A stretch of DNA of 64,000 nucleotides from Carpediemonas membranifera BICM (lineage: Eukaryota > Protista > Fornicata). The position numbers and the translations under genes are program-made. Below are positions 1-11,445 of this stretch, piece by piece (the first letter of the stretch is position 1; every line of letters starts with the position of its first letter). The stretch covers positions 214,243 through 278,242 of the forward strand of contig JAHDYR010000067.1 of assembly GCA_019828565.1 (NCBI GenBank), written 5' to 3'. The notes beneath the pieces were generated by a model. The model made no database searches and was not told where the DNA came from. It was given only the letters and a program-made list of their open reading frames with translations.

Positions 1-372
1 ACCTACCTACGAATCACAAGAATGCCCCTAGCACGTCGTATGCAAGCAAAAATGAGACTTACCCGTACCTTCCGCACGTTTCTCTACGTTTCACAAACGT
101 TGGTGAAACGTGTGAAATAGTGAAAAAGATACGGGTGAATCTCATTTTTTCTTGCAGTTTCTTGTGCAAAAGGGTGTTTATCCTCCGTATATCCCCGGAT
201 TAACTGGCCATTCTAACAGTATGACGACACTCTCCACCGCTGGCTCGACCCTTCCGACCGGCTGCCGAAGCGTGCAGTCCTGCGGTCCTTCGAGTCATCC
301 TGCAAGAGCGCGGCCCCACACACGGTACGTGCGGTTCTGGAGACCCTAACGGCCCTCCAGAAGTATACGACT

Positions 373-3300
373 GTGACCGCGCTCGCCACTGACCTCGTAA
401 GCGAGCTCCGCGCCCTGGAGGTCGCATCAACACGGGCCGCCACTTACGCCCACACTCCCACACAGCCCAAGGTCCAACCTCCGGCTGCCACTGTGGCACC
501 ACCTGCCACGTCAACCTCGGTCGCCCCGTCTGCCGCTACAGCACCCAAGACGCCCGCGACCACCCGCACGCCCACTCAACCGAGACCTCAGGGCGCTGCC
601 AAAGCTACCCACGGCCCTAGAGCCCCAGCATCGAAGGGCTCGAAGGACGATTCAGCGGTCTCAGCCGCGTTCGCCGCAAGATGGTGTGACCCTAAGAAGC
701 CGCCATTCGAGGGGATGACGTGGTGTGATCTTCACGGTCGCTGGGGAAGCCACGAGCGTAGCAAGTGCTCGCTGGCCCAGCCTAAGATCACTGTCACCCC
801 GACTGCGACGACTCAGCCAGCCGCCGCCACCAAGACACACCCCATGAGCCTCCGCCAGAACCCGCCACAGAACAAGTTCCCCAACATGGTCGTCCATGCG
901 GTGGAGGCGCCTGTGAACCAGGTGGCAACCCCCGACTCTAAGCCCATCCGGGTCCACATCACCCTCAACGGGGTCCGGACCACAGCCGAGCTAGACACTG
1001 GCGCAGCGGTCAGTTGTGTCAGCGAGGGTACGCGCGATGTTATCGCAGCTGTTTCGAAGCAGCCGACTTCCCCGGTTGGTACCATCGACCTGAAGGTCGC
1101 CAACCAGGTGACCGTCGCAGCAGACCAGGTCCCTCTACAGCTCACCATGCCAGGTGCCAACACGACGCTCTCCCTAACTTGGAACTTCTCCGTTCTGGAA
1201 GGCCAAGGGCACTCCGTACTGCTGGGCCGGGACGTCCTCCGAGAGGTAGGACTGCTGACTGACTCGGCACTGATCATTCCGACGGAGGCTCCACCGGACG
1301 ATGAAGATGATATCGAGGCGATCGGCTACCTTGGGTCCGACTCTGCCGAGCCCGCTCGAGAAGCCGAGGTCCGCATTGCGGCGGAGCTTGAGAAGGTCAC
1401 TATCCCTGACGGTCCGCTTCACGACCGGCTTGTCGACCTGGTATACGAGTTCCGCGAGTTGTTCGACCCCGTCCTGCCGCCTGAGGGGTCTACCCTCACA
1501 CCGTTCACACTTGAACTCGAGGAGCCTTTCACTGCCAAGGCTAAGCCGCGACCCATCAAGGGTCACCTCGACGTAATTCAGCAGGAGATCCAGCGACTGC
1601 TGGACGAGGGCATCATACGACCGAGCGTCAGCCCGGTCGCGTCCCCACACGTTCTAGCGGACAAGAAGGGCGGCCAGAAGCGCTTCTGCGTGGCCTACAA
1701 CGCCCTTAACGCGGTCACGGTCAAGGACGCGTACCCGCTCCCGGACACCCGTGATTTCATCAACAGCGCATCAGGTTGCTCGTTCTTTGGCAGCCTGGAC
1801 CTGCGTTCGGGGTATAATCAGATGGTCCTCGACCCTTCTGTCTGCTCCTTGACGGCGTTCGTCGTACCAGGGGGTCAGTTCGAGTACGTGCGCCTTCCTT
1901 TTGGCCTCACGAACGCCCCTGGACGTTTCCAACGTGCAATGGATGACGCCCTTCGCGGCGTGGAGGGCACGAGCGTCTACGTCGACGACATATTGAACTA
2001 TGCCAACGACGCCGAAGTGTACCTCGCCAGAACACGACAACTACTGACACGCCTGCGCCAGCACCGTCTTCGGCTGAAGGCCGAAAAGTGCACCCTTGGT
2101 GCACCCGAGACGGAAGCCCTCGGTTTCGTGCTCAACCGCGATGGCCATCGTGTTTCCGAGAGCCGTAAGCAGGCCCTGCTCGATATGCCACGGCCCACGA
2201 CCATCAAGGAGCTTCGCCGAGTTCTCGGCAAGTTTAACTTCCTGGCCCGCTTCATCGACGGGCTGAGCGAGGCCGCCGAGCCGCTCCACCAACTACTCCG
2301 CCCCGAGGCAGACATCACCATGCAGTGGGGGGAGGTTCACGATGCGGCCTACGCTGAACTGAAGCGCCGCGCGACTGCCGACACCATTCTGGCTCTGCCG
2401 GACGTCTCTAAGACCTGGATCCTGGAGACGGATGCCTCCGACGTTGCCTGCGGCGGTGTGTTATGGCAGGTCTCCGATGACGAGTCGCGACTCCCCATCT
2501 CCTTTTTCGGGCACAAGTTCACAGAAACCCAGCGCAGATGGGCCACTGTGGACCAGGAGCTATACGGGATCATACATTGTGTTACCCGGGCAGATTTAGC
2601 TCCTCTGTTGAAGCTCAAACCTTTCCTCATCCGCACGGATCACAAGAACCTCGTCACTATGGTCATCAAGAGCGAGGAAGGCAATCGGAAGCTCACTCGT
2701 TGGCGAACGATACTAGCGGAGTACCCCTACTCCATCGAGCATGTCAAGGGCGCAGACAATGTCGTTGCCGACAGTTTGTCGCGGCCACCCGTGGTTGCGG
2801 CCGTCAACCTGTCCACGGAGGTGCGAGCAGCTCAGGCCGCCGACCCCTCGGTTTCGCGCCTGCCCACTGACGCCGACGGTCTCCACGTTCACGATGGGGT
2901 CGCCGTTATCCCCGAGGGAGCTACCGACTTGAAGGCGAAGCTCATCGCCGAGGCCCACCGCTACCACGCCGGCGCCGTCAACACAGCCGCTAACCTACGC
3001 GCGATGGGTTTCACCTGGCCAGCCGTCATCGACGACTGTCGTTCTTACGTGAGCAAGTGTGCCCTGTGCCAGAAGGCGCGACTCGCCCGTTTCAGAGAGT
3101 CGGCTCTCGCGTCCACCATGGTACACACACCGTTTGACACCGTCTCGGTCGACACAGTCGGCCCCCTTCACACAGACGCATGGGGCAACAGGTTTATCCT
3201 GGTCATCATTGACGCATTCACGCGTTATGTGGAGCTTGTACCCATGCCCAACCACACCGCGGACTCCGTCGCAGGGGCAATTTGGACCGCCATCATGGGC

Positions 3301-4188
3301 AGACATGGCCTACCAACCACAATTCGGACTGACAATGGCCCGGAGTTTGTGAACAGGGTCCTCAATGCCCTCCTCAGACGCCTCAACGTTACACACCACC
3401 GCACTCTGCCGTACCACCCGGCGTCGAACGGGATCGTAGAGCGCGTGAATTACGAGATCAAACGGCATCTCCGCCTCCTTTGCGCGAAGTTTAACACACA
3501 CAGCAACTGGTCCCCGCTGGTGCCGTACGTGCAACATGTCATCAATCACTCTCGTCACTCCGCAACGGGGTTCACCCCGCACCAACTCCTCTTCGGCTAC
3601 CCCTCCGGCCTCACGTTTGTACACGAGCCGGCTGACAGGGCCGAGACCGAGCCACTGGCTTCTCTGGACGACTACATGTCCGACCTTCAGTCGTACCTTG
3701 ACGGGCTGCGCGCGAAGGCGGTGGCGAAGCAGGAGCGCATCATCAGGTCAAGATCCGCTGTCACAGCGCAGTTCAAAGCGGGCGACTTCGTCCTCCTAGC
3801 CAACGAGAGAGAGACCAAGCTCCACGGTGCCATTGGCCCCTTTAAGGTGGTCAGCATAGGGGAAAACAAGGCTGTCACCATTCAGCATCTTGTCGATTTG
3901 TCGGAGCGCACTGTCCACCAGGACAAGCTCTTTCTCTTTGACGCCGACGCCACGCTTGAGCAGATGCGAATGTTTGCCGTCGGTGATCGGGAGGAGTTCC
4001 TCCCATCCCGCATCCTGTCTTGCGACAGAGACGCTCACACATTTCTGATCGAATGGGATGGCTTCCCGGCCTCGGAGGCCACCGAGGAGCCGATGGCCAG
4101 TCTGGCCAACCACCCCAAGGGCAAGCTAATCCTCAAGGATCTTGAGGAGGGGCAGGATGTGGCGTTTCCTGTCTCGTTGCTCCAGTGA
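373..4188 (+). CDS. Gag-Pol polyprotein (CHHC knuckle, protease, RT, RNase H, integrase, chromodomain); N-terminally incomplete
   Basis: WCDLHGRWGSHERSKC, LDTGA, LPFGL..YVDD, ETDASD, HHCC plus DTVG/TDNG/VER integrase core, GPF, terminal FLIEWDGF..ATEEP. Confidence 0.95.
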   Translation: MTALATDLVSELRALEVASTRAATYAHTPTQPKVQPPAATVAPPATSTSVAPSAATAPKTPATTRTPTQPRPQGAAKATHGPRAPASKGSKDDSAVSAAFAARWCDPKKPPFEGMTWCDLHGRWGSHERSKCSLAQPKITVTPTATTQPAAATKTHPMSLRQNPPQNKFPNMVVHAVEAPVNQVATPDSKPIRVHITLNGVRTTAELDTGAAVSCVSEGTRDVIAAVSKQPTSPVGTIDLKVANQVTVAADQVPLQLTMPGANTTLSLTWNFSVLEGQGHSVLLGRDVLREVGLLTDSALIIPTEAPPDDEDDIEAIGYLGSDSAEPAREAEVRIAAELEKVTIPDGPLHDRLVDLVYEFRELFDPVLPPEGSTLTPFTLELEEPFTAKAKPRPIKGHLDVIQQEIQRLLDEGIIRPSVSPVASPHVLADKKGGQKRFCVAYNALNAVTVKDAYPLPDTRDFINSASGCSFFGSLDLRSGYNQMVLDPSVCSLTAFVVPGGQFEYVRLPFGLTNAPGRFQRAMDDALRGVEGTSVYVDDILNYANDAEVYLARTRQLLTRLRQHRLRLKAEKCTLGAPETEALGFVLNRDGHRVSESRKQALLDMPRPTTIKELRRVLGKFNFLARFIDGLSEAAEPLHQLLRPEADITMQWGEVHDAAYAELKRRATADTILALPDVSKTWILETDASDVACGGVLWQVSDDESRLPISFFGHKFTETQRRWATVDQELYGIIHCVTRADLAPLLKLKPFLIRTDHKNLVTMVIKSEEGNRKLTRWRTILAEYPYSIEHVKGADNVVADSLSRPPVVAAVNLSTEVRAAQAADPSVSRLPTDADGLHVHDGVAVIPEGATDLKAKLIAEAHRYHAGAVNTAANLRAMGFTWPAVIDDCRSYVSKCALCQKARLARFRESALASTMVHTPFDTVSVDTVGPLHTDAWGNRFILVIIDAFTRYVELVPMPNHTADSVAGAIWTAIMGRHGLPTTIRTDNGPEFVNRVLNALLRRLNVTHHRTLPYHPASNGIVERVNYEIKRHLRLLCAKFNTHSNWSPLVPYVQHVINHSRHSATGFTPHQLLFGYPSGLTFVHEPADRAETEPLASLDDYMSDLQSYLDGLRAKAVAKQERIIRSRSAVTAQFKAGDFVLLANERETKLHGAIGPFKVVSIGENKAVTIQHLVDLSERTVHQDKLFLFDADATLEQMRMFAVGDREEFLPSRILSCDRDAHTFLIEWDGFPASEATEEPMASLANHPKGKLILKDLEEGQDVAFPVSLLQ

Positions 4189-4295
4189 GTTTTGTCAGTT
4201 TAAACCACTTCACCAGTTCTTGCCTTGATTCGGCACACCGCTTGAATCTACGCCACCGCTGGTGGGTCAGACCGTCTAGCGGGGCTGGGGCATCA

Positions 4296-4353
4296 TGTTA
4301 GTGGTAATCGGGAACATTACTAGTAGATCTACTGTGGTGTTGCCGAGGTAACA
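4296..4353 (+). repeat. Putative 58-bp 3' LTR of E1
   Basis: TGTTA/TAACA inverted termini directly after the PPT. Shares AGATCTAC with the 57-bp LTR of the related element at 48772. The partner LTR is not in the window. Confidence 0.7.
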
Positions 4354-5121
4354 CGCTGTACAAGTTTAATGCAAAACCCGCCATCGACACCAGGGTGTCG
4401 AGAGACCAAACGAGACTTAATCAAATTAAATGACAAGGCCAGGACTATGTCCTAGTTCCGCTTCTCGCGGCCGTCAATGATATCGCCGCCAACACACCGC
4501 TCAAACTGAACTACAGGGAGGAGGATGTCGGGTTTGACGTGCGCTCCATGCCACGACTAGACTCACTCGCCGACGCCATATCAATCCAATCCATACATGA
4601 TCGTGCATCGCGTGGCAGTGCAAAGTGGTCCGTTGTCTTTTGACATGGAAAGTAACGCGGGCGTGGCTTATTCAGAGATTCCAGTCGACCTAACCGGAGA
4701 CTGTCCCAGAGAACATAGTGGCTATCCCCGCCTTCGGGTAGATCGCGTAACAGGGTCGTGGGGGCATTGAAGAGTATCTCCCGGACAGAAGAGAAGATGC
4801 CTATGTCCGAGGAACGCAGAGAATCATCAGAGAATGGAGAGCGCCATAGACAAAAAGACCTGTGGGGGAAGAACCCACCTGCGAAGGTGCCGGGGACAGA
4901 TTTCTACGCCCTAATAGCGTGTCGGGCACTATTAGAGACAGGAAAACGGCAACACCGTACGGAGAGAGCTGAAGAGCTCGTAGACTGATTGGAACCGAAT
5001 CGAAGTCGACGCAGTAAGGTGGCTGGCTCAGAGCGTGTAACCCAGCACTGAGAGAGCCAGGAGTGCCCCGGTTAACCTTAGGCCAGGAAAATGGGAGCAA
5101 GAAGGCCCGGGGTGAGAATCA

Positions 5122-6458
5122 ATGTTCGTGGACGATACAGCGGTCACAGGGGAGACACCGGAAAAGAGCAAGATAGTGGCGAACCTAGTCATAGAAGTTA
5201 TCAAGGAGCACCTCATGAGGGCAAATGCACAAAAGAGTGAGATGATCAGTGTAGACAGGGCAGCAGTGGCGAGAGTGGGGGGAGTTACCCTAATGGCAAA
5301 AGAGGAAGCTAAGTACCTAGGTCTCTGGATAGCCAGCGGAAAAGACCCACTGGCAGCCTGTATCAGAAAGAAGCGGGAGCAGAGCGAAAGGTACAAGAAG
5401 CTAGTGAGAAGAGTGGGATGGACCAGAGGCAACATGCCGGCGCTAGCCAGCAGGCTCCTCCTCGAAGTTTACATATGGCCGAGGATAATGTTTGGAGTGG
5501 AGGTGTGGGGCTACGCAGCAGGGGGGAACAAGATATGGACGGATTGGCAGGGCATCATGGCCGGAACAGGCCCAGGTGGGGGCTCGGTCATGCGCATCTT
5601 GAACGGATGGATGGACCTGCAAGCCCACCTGGAGATGCTAGCAGTCAAGAGGATCGTGACAAGCAGGGGCCAGGATTTACCAATCAGAGACAGGGTCTGG
5701 AAGGAGGGATCGATTATGTGGAAAGCCAGGGACTCAGTGAACGCACTCCTCAGAGGAACAAGAGAGGGAGCAACGAATGCAGGGAAGATAGACTTTGGTA
5801 GGGAGATGGTAAGAATGAACTGGACCAGGAGGTGCAAGAGCAAGACAGCGGTGGGGCTCATGGAAGTCCTAGGACCCAAACGTATGGGAAAGTGCATGGC
5901 GGGGAAACCGGCCATAAGTAGGAAGACAGGGAAGTGGCAGTCAAGGGCAGAGTGGAAAAGGATAGTGTCGGTGGCAGCGAATGTCAGCCCGTCTCCATCA
6001 TCAGCGGAAAGGGGAGAAGGCCCAGAGCGAGCGCTGGCGGACCTGGCGATGGGTGAGGAACTCAAACACAAGATACAAAGGAGGTGCCCCTGTGCACAAA
6101 GGAGAGCGAGATAGAGTTACTGTGGCAAATAGCGAGAGAGCAGCCAAACCAAGCCAGGAAGCAGGCACTAATCAGGGAGTGGGTAAGGGGTCAGCCGCTG
6201 GGATCGGCGGCCCACATTATGTGTGAGTGCCCAGAGGTTGAAAGAGGAGATGACTGGGAAAAGATATGGAAGACAGCTAAGGAGAGGACCAGGGAATTGC
6301 AAGTCAGAAGAGGCCCGAATGGGAGGTGGTATGAGAAGAGGCCAATCTTAGAGGTGCAACAACTAGTGTTAACAGGGTCGGAAGAGATATGGGAAGGACT
6401 GCGAGCTGGGCTGAGAGCCCTGGCAAAGGTCTATGATAGCTATAGAATAGATGGATAG
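5122..6458 (+). pseudogene. LINE ORF2 C-terminal half: RT (FVDD, KYLG) and CCHC knuckle, with one frameshift near 6088
   Basis: ORFs 5122-6114 and 6084-6458 join as RCPLC...SAAHIMCEC if one base is added in the C run. Confidence 0.85.
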
Positions 6459-7231
6459 ATAAGGAACACCACATCCAGAAAGGGGGCAGGGAAGCATAGA
6501 CTCTGGGATCAAGGGGAGACCCCCCATGTTTCCCAGGGAGAGGGCAGGGCCAGGGACAGAGGAAATCCATCAATTGGATGGTTGCACCACTCGCGGTGAA
6601 CCTAAGGAAACTGCAGGGACTGAGCATGGGATACGGGGGGACATGACGTCCCCGCCGCCCTTGTGAACGATAGAGGGACGCTGGGATGTGTAGCACAGGA
6701 GAACTATCATAAGGGGTACTAGGCCTTGCAGATCTAGAGTCTGTGTTAGCCCTAGCCCACGCCGCCTAACAGGGGTAGATGAGAGGGACTTAGTTGCTTT
6801 CCCCGCCCACGGGTAGGCCACTTAACAGAGTCGTGGGGGCACTGAACAGGGAATCTGGAAAGAGGAGAGGGTGCCATGCTTGAACGACCCCGTAGGGACT
6901 GCAGGGAATCAGGGAGTGCTATAGAGAAGGTCTTGCAGGACAAACCTGCCTGTGGAAGCACCGAGGACAGACCCCCAGGCTCCCTGGAAGCTGCCGGGTT
7001 TACAGGGAGACAGGAAAGCGCTCAGCGCACGGAGATGGCGAAGGCCTATGGGGGGAAGTGAAATCGGGAGTGAGCGGAAGCAGTAGCACCGAATCGCTCG
7101 TTGGACGCAGCTGACAAGTTCAATCGCAGGGAGGAGGCAGCGCCCCGGGGAACTCGGCTCCAGTAATAAGGGAGATCAGCCTAAGTAACCGGGGCCCGAT
7201 ACCAGGCACCATAAATTTTCTTTCTTTCTTT
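5122..7231 (+). mobile_element. 5'-truncated LINE (inner copy) nested in the 3' end of the outer one; (TTTC)n tail
   Basis: 16-bp TSD CCCGGGGTGAGAATCA at 5106-5121 and 7232-7247; begins within RT at MFVDD. Confidence 0.9.
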
Positions 7232-7484
7232 CCCGGGGTGAGAATCACAGCACCATCTAAACTTCTTCTTCTTCTCTACATGGAAAGTAACGTTACTGTG
7301 GTCTGTCTTAGGACACAAAAGGTTTTCAAGACTAAAGCTCGACACTCAAAGTGTCGAGATGGACCAATAAAGACCCTATTAAATGGAGGTATTTAATATT
7401 TAGCAAATATGGTTGCCGAAAGTTAAAATGACCTAACCTTCTTGCGCACTTTTAGCACTTTCTGAGCAGCTGAACTAGTAGCCA

Positions 7485-7965
7485 ATGCCGTGCAGTGTCT
7501 GCAAGCGCAATGGTCACAACCGCACATCGTGCCCGTTTAGACACCTGATTGAGCGTTCTGATGACAGGACACTCCTCTCCGTCATGCAGGACTTGGTTGA
7601 ACGGAATGCGATCGCAAAGGAACTGCCTGTGGAGCGAGTGGCTTCATGGGCAGTTCAAATACTGAATGGTAACAGCTTCACATCTTTCTCTTTACACAGG
7701 AACCGCCTCTTTCGATGATCCGCCCACCGGCCTTTGCTCTCCGGCCAGTCCGCAGTATGTGGCCCCCGACCGCCAGAGGGAGCGAGATATAGGCGTCCAG
7801 CAAGCACGCCCGCATCAAGATTACTTGTCTGTTCCAGTCCCGGCCGCCAGACTGATGGAGGTCTACACTCTCCTTGCGTCAGTTCCACCCCAGGAGACAG
7901 TGGCTGCAACACCATCTATCAGCCAGTCTCTCGGCCCCTCCGAGAGCCTCTTCCCAGACGAATAA
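7485..7965 (+). pseudogene. Zinc-knuckle ORF (CSVCKRNGHNRTSC), probably frameshifted and transposon-associated
   Basis: CX2CX4HX4C at the N-terminus of 7485-7718; overlapping ORF 7666-7965. Confidence 0.4.
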
Positions 7966-7985
7966 ACACTTGTTCCTGATGATCT

Positions 7986-8625
7986 TTAGTCGAAGCCGCG
8001 AGAACGGTATAGCGCTGGAATGTCCATCCAGTCCTGGAGCGTGTCGAACTGTGCGATGATATGCTGAAGGTGTTTCTCGCCGCTTGGTTTGAACTTGGCC
8101 ACTCTTGCCTTCACGCCAGCGAAAACAATCTCTATCGGGTTCAGATTGGGCGAATATCCCGGCAAGAACCACCTCGTCTCCGAGATCATGTTGAGCTCCT
8201 CTGTGATCGACACGACAAGTGAACGGCTGGTCCGACGCCGACTTGCCATCTACCAGCGTCTTCAGCTGCCTGCCGATCCTGCTCTTCTTTGTAACCCTTT
8301 TCTTGCGCTCCTTCTTCTGTGAAAGCCCAATAATAATATATGGCCGACAGTTTTGCGATATCTGGTCAAGTGATGCCTTGTTGTTCGGCTTGCAGTACAA
8401 CACAATCACCCTCGTAAGGCTCTTGACCTTCATTCCGGTTCGGTTCTTTACGATGTCTACAGCCATACTGTAGAACTCTTGTTTCGGGGATATCAACTTG
8501 TTCAATGATCTGTGGGCAATGTTCGGTGTTCCTACTAGCCTTAACCTTGATAATAAGCTCTTTAGGCATCGATGCTTCAATCTGTCATTGCCGGTCAAAC
8601 CACACGGGCTCCTCGCCCGTCCCAC
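7986..8625 (-). pseudogene. IS630/Tc1-mariner DDE transposase relic
   Basis: FLPGYSPNLNPIEIVFAGVK motif; frameshifted upstream part; no TIRs identified. Confidence 0.75.
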
Positions 8626-8649
8626 ATCGATAACGACATTGAGCTAATC

Positions 8650-9040
8650 GTCCAGCCAGAGCGCCAGTGGCGCAGGAGTCGGCGGCATGCTACTCCAGGC
8701 ACACCCTGATGGCACGAGAGATACGATAGCTGTGGTGTCTAACGACAGAGTCGATTGTGCAGTTTATAAACAGACTTTTCCCTGATCATTGAAGCTATCC
8801 AGATTCCACAATAGCCTTCACATCGGCGACGCTCACTGCCGCACAAAGAAACTGGACGTTGATCGAGAAAGAGGCGTACGCCCTGTATAGAAGCCTCCAG
8901 GACTTCCGCCCTTATCTCTACTACCACGTGTACGACCACCTCGTGACGCTGACAGCTTCCGTCAGCGCCAAGGTAGAGCGCTGGAGATACCGCATCTCAG
9001 AGTTTGCACTCACTATTCGCCTGGCGCCGAAAACAGACAG
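8650..9040 (+). pseudogene. Gypsy RNase H relic
   Basis: ASGAGVGGMLLQ and IEKEAYAL...KVERW motifs with stops and insertions. Confidence 0.7.
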
Positions 9041-11445
9041 CGTCCAGCTCGGGGTGCTCCAGGTCTACTGCAGGCGGCTCTACAGGTTGATCTCCACTGG
9101 CCGGGCGGGTACTGGCACGACCGACACAGTGGCGGCCATGCCTCTACGTCTGAAACCCCACCCCTCTTCGTCGACCTCGGTGTAGTGATTGTTTATTTGA
9201 GTTTTGTCCTCTTCTGAGGTTTACTCTAAATTCCACTTCTCCTTTGCTTCAGTGTTTCACCACAGTTATAACTGGATCCAATGAATACCGAAGCTCTTTC
9301 CCAATTCCTGGCACCATACCTTAAGAAGACGTCCCAAAAAGCCTGGACGACATTCCGCGAGGAATACTTGGCTTATACAGCACGCGCAACAACTCCAATC
9401 CCCATCCACCAGCTCATCGCTCCCTCCGTCCTCGCAATCTTCTGCCTTCGTGATCCCCAGCTCGAAAGAGTGATCCACAACTCCATCACTCAGAGAATCT
9501 TCGAGGCTGAAGAGGCCAACAACGAGGAACCGGGCAACCTGCTCGCTCACGACGACGCAAGCGATGACAGCGAAGGATCCGACACCGAAGAATCCTCCGA
9601 TTCCGAGGAGGAAATCGTCGTTGATCCCATTCCCCACGGGGATATCGACTACAACGAGGTGATAATGAACGAGATCGATGAGATCTTCGCTCCACTCGAT
9701 ACCCAAGACGCTCTGGACCGCATCGCAGCTGTCTATTTCCAGCCGACTGATGACCTGTAGCAGCCTGTAATCGGCCGTAGATTCACAGTTCACTGCGATC
9801 AGAGAAACTTGCAGTGGATGGAGACTTCGGAGAACCCAAAAGTCGTCAGGTGGCGCCAAGCCTTGGACGGATTCGACTTCAAGGTCATACACGTTCCTGG
9901 TTCAGAGAACGGCGCAGCAGATGCTCTTTCGAGAGTCGTTGCCATATCCTGCGCAGACGCCGACGCAGAAAATCACCATGATGCAATTCAACGCGCACAC
10001 TGCGCAACTCGTGGCCATCAAGGCGTTACGGCTACAATTAACCGCCTAATACAAGACAATTGCTCCTGGAAAGGCATGGCAAGCGACGTTAAGGCATTTA
10101 TCAGCCAATGTCCCGTTTGTCAGCTCGCGAAGGGAAACATGAAGCCACCAGTACAGTTCAGGCATCCTACACACGGCGAGTATCCATTCCAAGTGGTACA
10201 AATCGACGCTATCGGACCTATGACGGAGATCGACGAGTTTTCCCATGCACTCGTCGTAATCGACACCTTTTCGAAGCTCCTTCAGGCATAACCGATCAAG
10301 AACACCTCATCCAGCGAGGCCATCAGAGTTCTTGACACCTTCTTTGGACACTACGGCTTCCCGAGCAGGATCTCATGTGATGGCGCCAGCCAGTTCACGT
10401 CCAAGGAGTTCCGCGACCACGCAGACCAATGCAACATCGCCCTAGAGATCGGCACACCGTACCATCCCGCCGGCCGAGGGATAGTTGAGCGCGCTAACCG
10501 CGAGGTTAAGAAGCATCTCCACGCGCTCGCTCTCGAGGCCGAATAACATTGGGTCAACAACATGCCCATCGCTGTAGACATCATCAACAACACCCCATTC
10601 ACTCGCTCAGGCGTATCACCGTTCCGTATGCTCTTCCACCGAGACGCACCAGTCGGCGAGCCCGACGACTCTATGGCGGAGCTGCTTAAGAAGTTCGCCG
10701 AGCAGACCACGCTGGCGAGACAGAAGCACGCAGCGCACCTTCCCCAAGCTGAACCAGTGTGGTTCGTTTGACGAACTATGTTTACAAGAGGAGAAGACTC
10801 GACACAATGGTGTCGAGGAGAAACTCCTTGACTAACTAATATCATATATAAATCTGTGTAATCTTGGGTGAGACCCATGACACTGCCCCTCCATGCCTCA
10901 ATGAGGCATGACCCCAGACAGCGTGAGCTTTGACGGCTGGCTACTGCCAGTGGGGGTGAATGTTGGCTCTTGGGGGCCGGTCCTGGTGGGTGCCAACCAC
11001 CGATCGAGCCCCTTTTTTGCGACCTTGGCGGGGACACAACAAGAAGCACAACGACGTGCAAAATAGCACAGCTTACAATCGCGCGGTACCGCTGGGTTAG
11101 AAGGATCCTACCATAGGGGTTCTGCCCCTCCTCGGCTTTTCCTCGCCGAAAATCGAAATGTGACGTACCTTAAAATGCTTGGGTGCAGGTTATGGCCATC
11201 CAAGCACAACGATGGTGAAACACCGCCCCTTTCCAACTGTTTGCGCCATTAATCAGGTTGGTGCTGAAAATGGCATTTTCAGGCCTCAACGAGGCCTCTA
11301 CGGCGAGATACGAGCCTTTTTCTTTGCAGCGTGAATTCACACCACGACTACGCTCAGATAGAGCTACTAAACGACTAAACAACATCAAGACAACAATAAA
11401 GAGATCATAACTCCATGTTTGAGCGGCTTTCCATTCGGGATTGGG

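Larger units (their letters stand above)
219..4353 (+). mobile_element. Ty3/gypsy chromovirus-like LTR retrotransposon E1; 5' end interrupted or outside the window
   Basis: Reading frame is open from ~217 to 4188. Purine-rich tract GGGGCTGGGG (4281-4290) precedes a TGTTA...TAACA unit (4296-4353). The protein is clearly related to the element at 48772. Confidence 0.9.
4658..7277 (+). mobile_element. 5'-truncated non-LTR retrotransposon (outer copy) with (CTT)n tail
   Basis: 15-bp TSD ACATGGAAAGTAACG at 4643-4657 and 7278-7292; tail CTTCTTCTTCTTCTCT. Confidence 0.85.
4354..7432 (-). mobile_element. Small decayed LTR-element remnant (LTR-like 7297-~7432 and 4354-4435, ~200 bp internal), split by the LINE insertion
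   Basis: 7297 begins TGTGGT and has the CTCGACAC/GTGTCGAG hairpin at the same offset as the 125-bp LTR. Adjacent palindrome AGTAACGTTACT, then ATG 15 nt inside. 4354-4435 has the same hairpin and ends ATGACA. Outer boundary uncertain. Confidence 0.55.

Noticed and set aside
6600-6630. Group I intron R-like motif (CTGCAGGGACT) in the LINE 3' UTR
   Set aside because: No matching P, Q or S elements could be placed.
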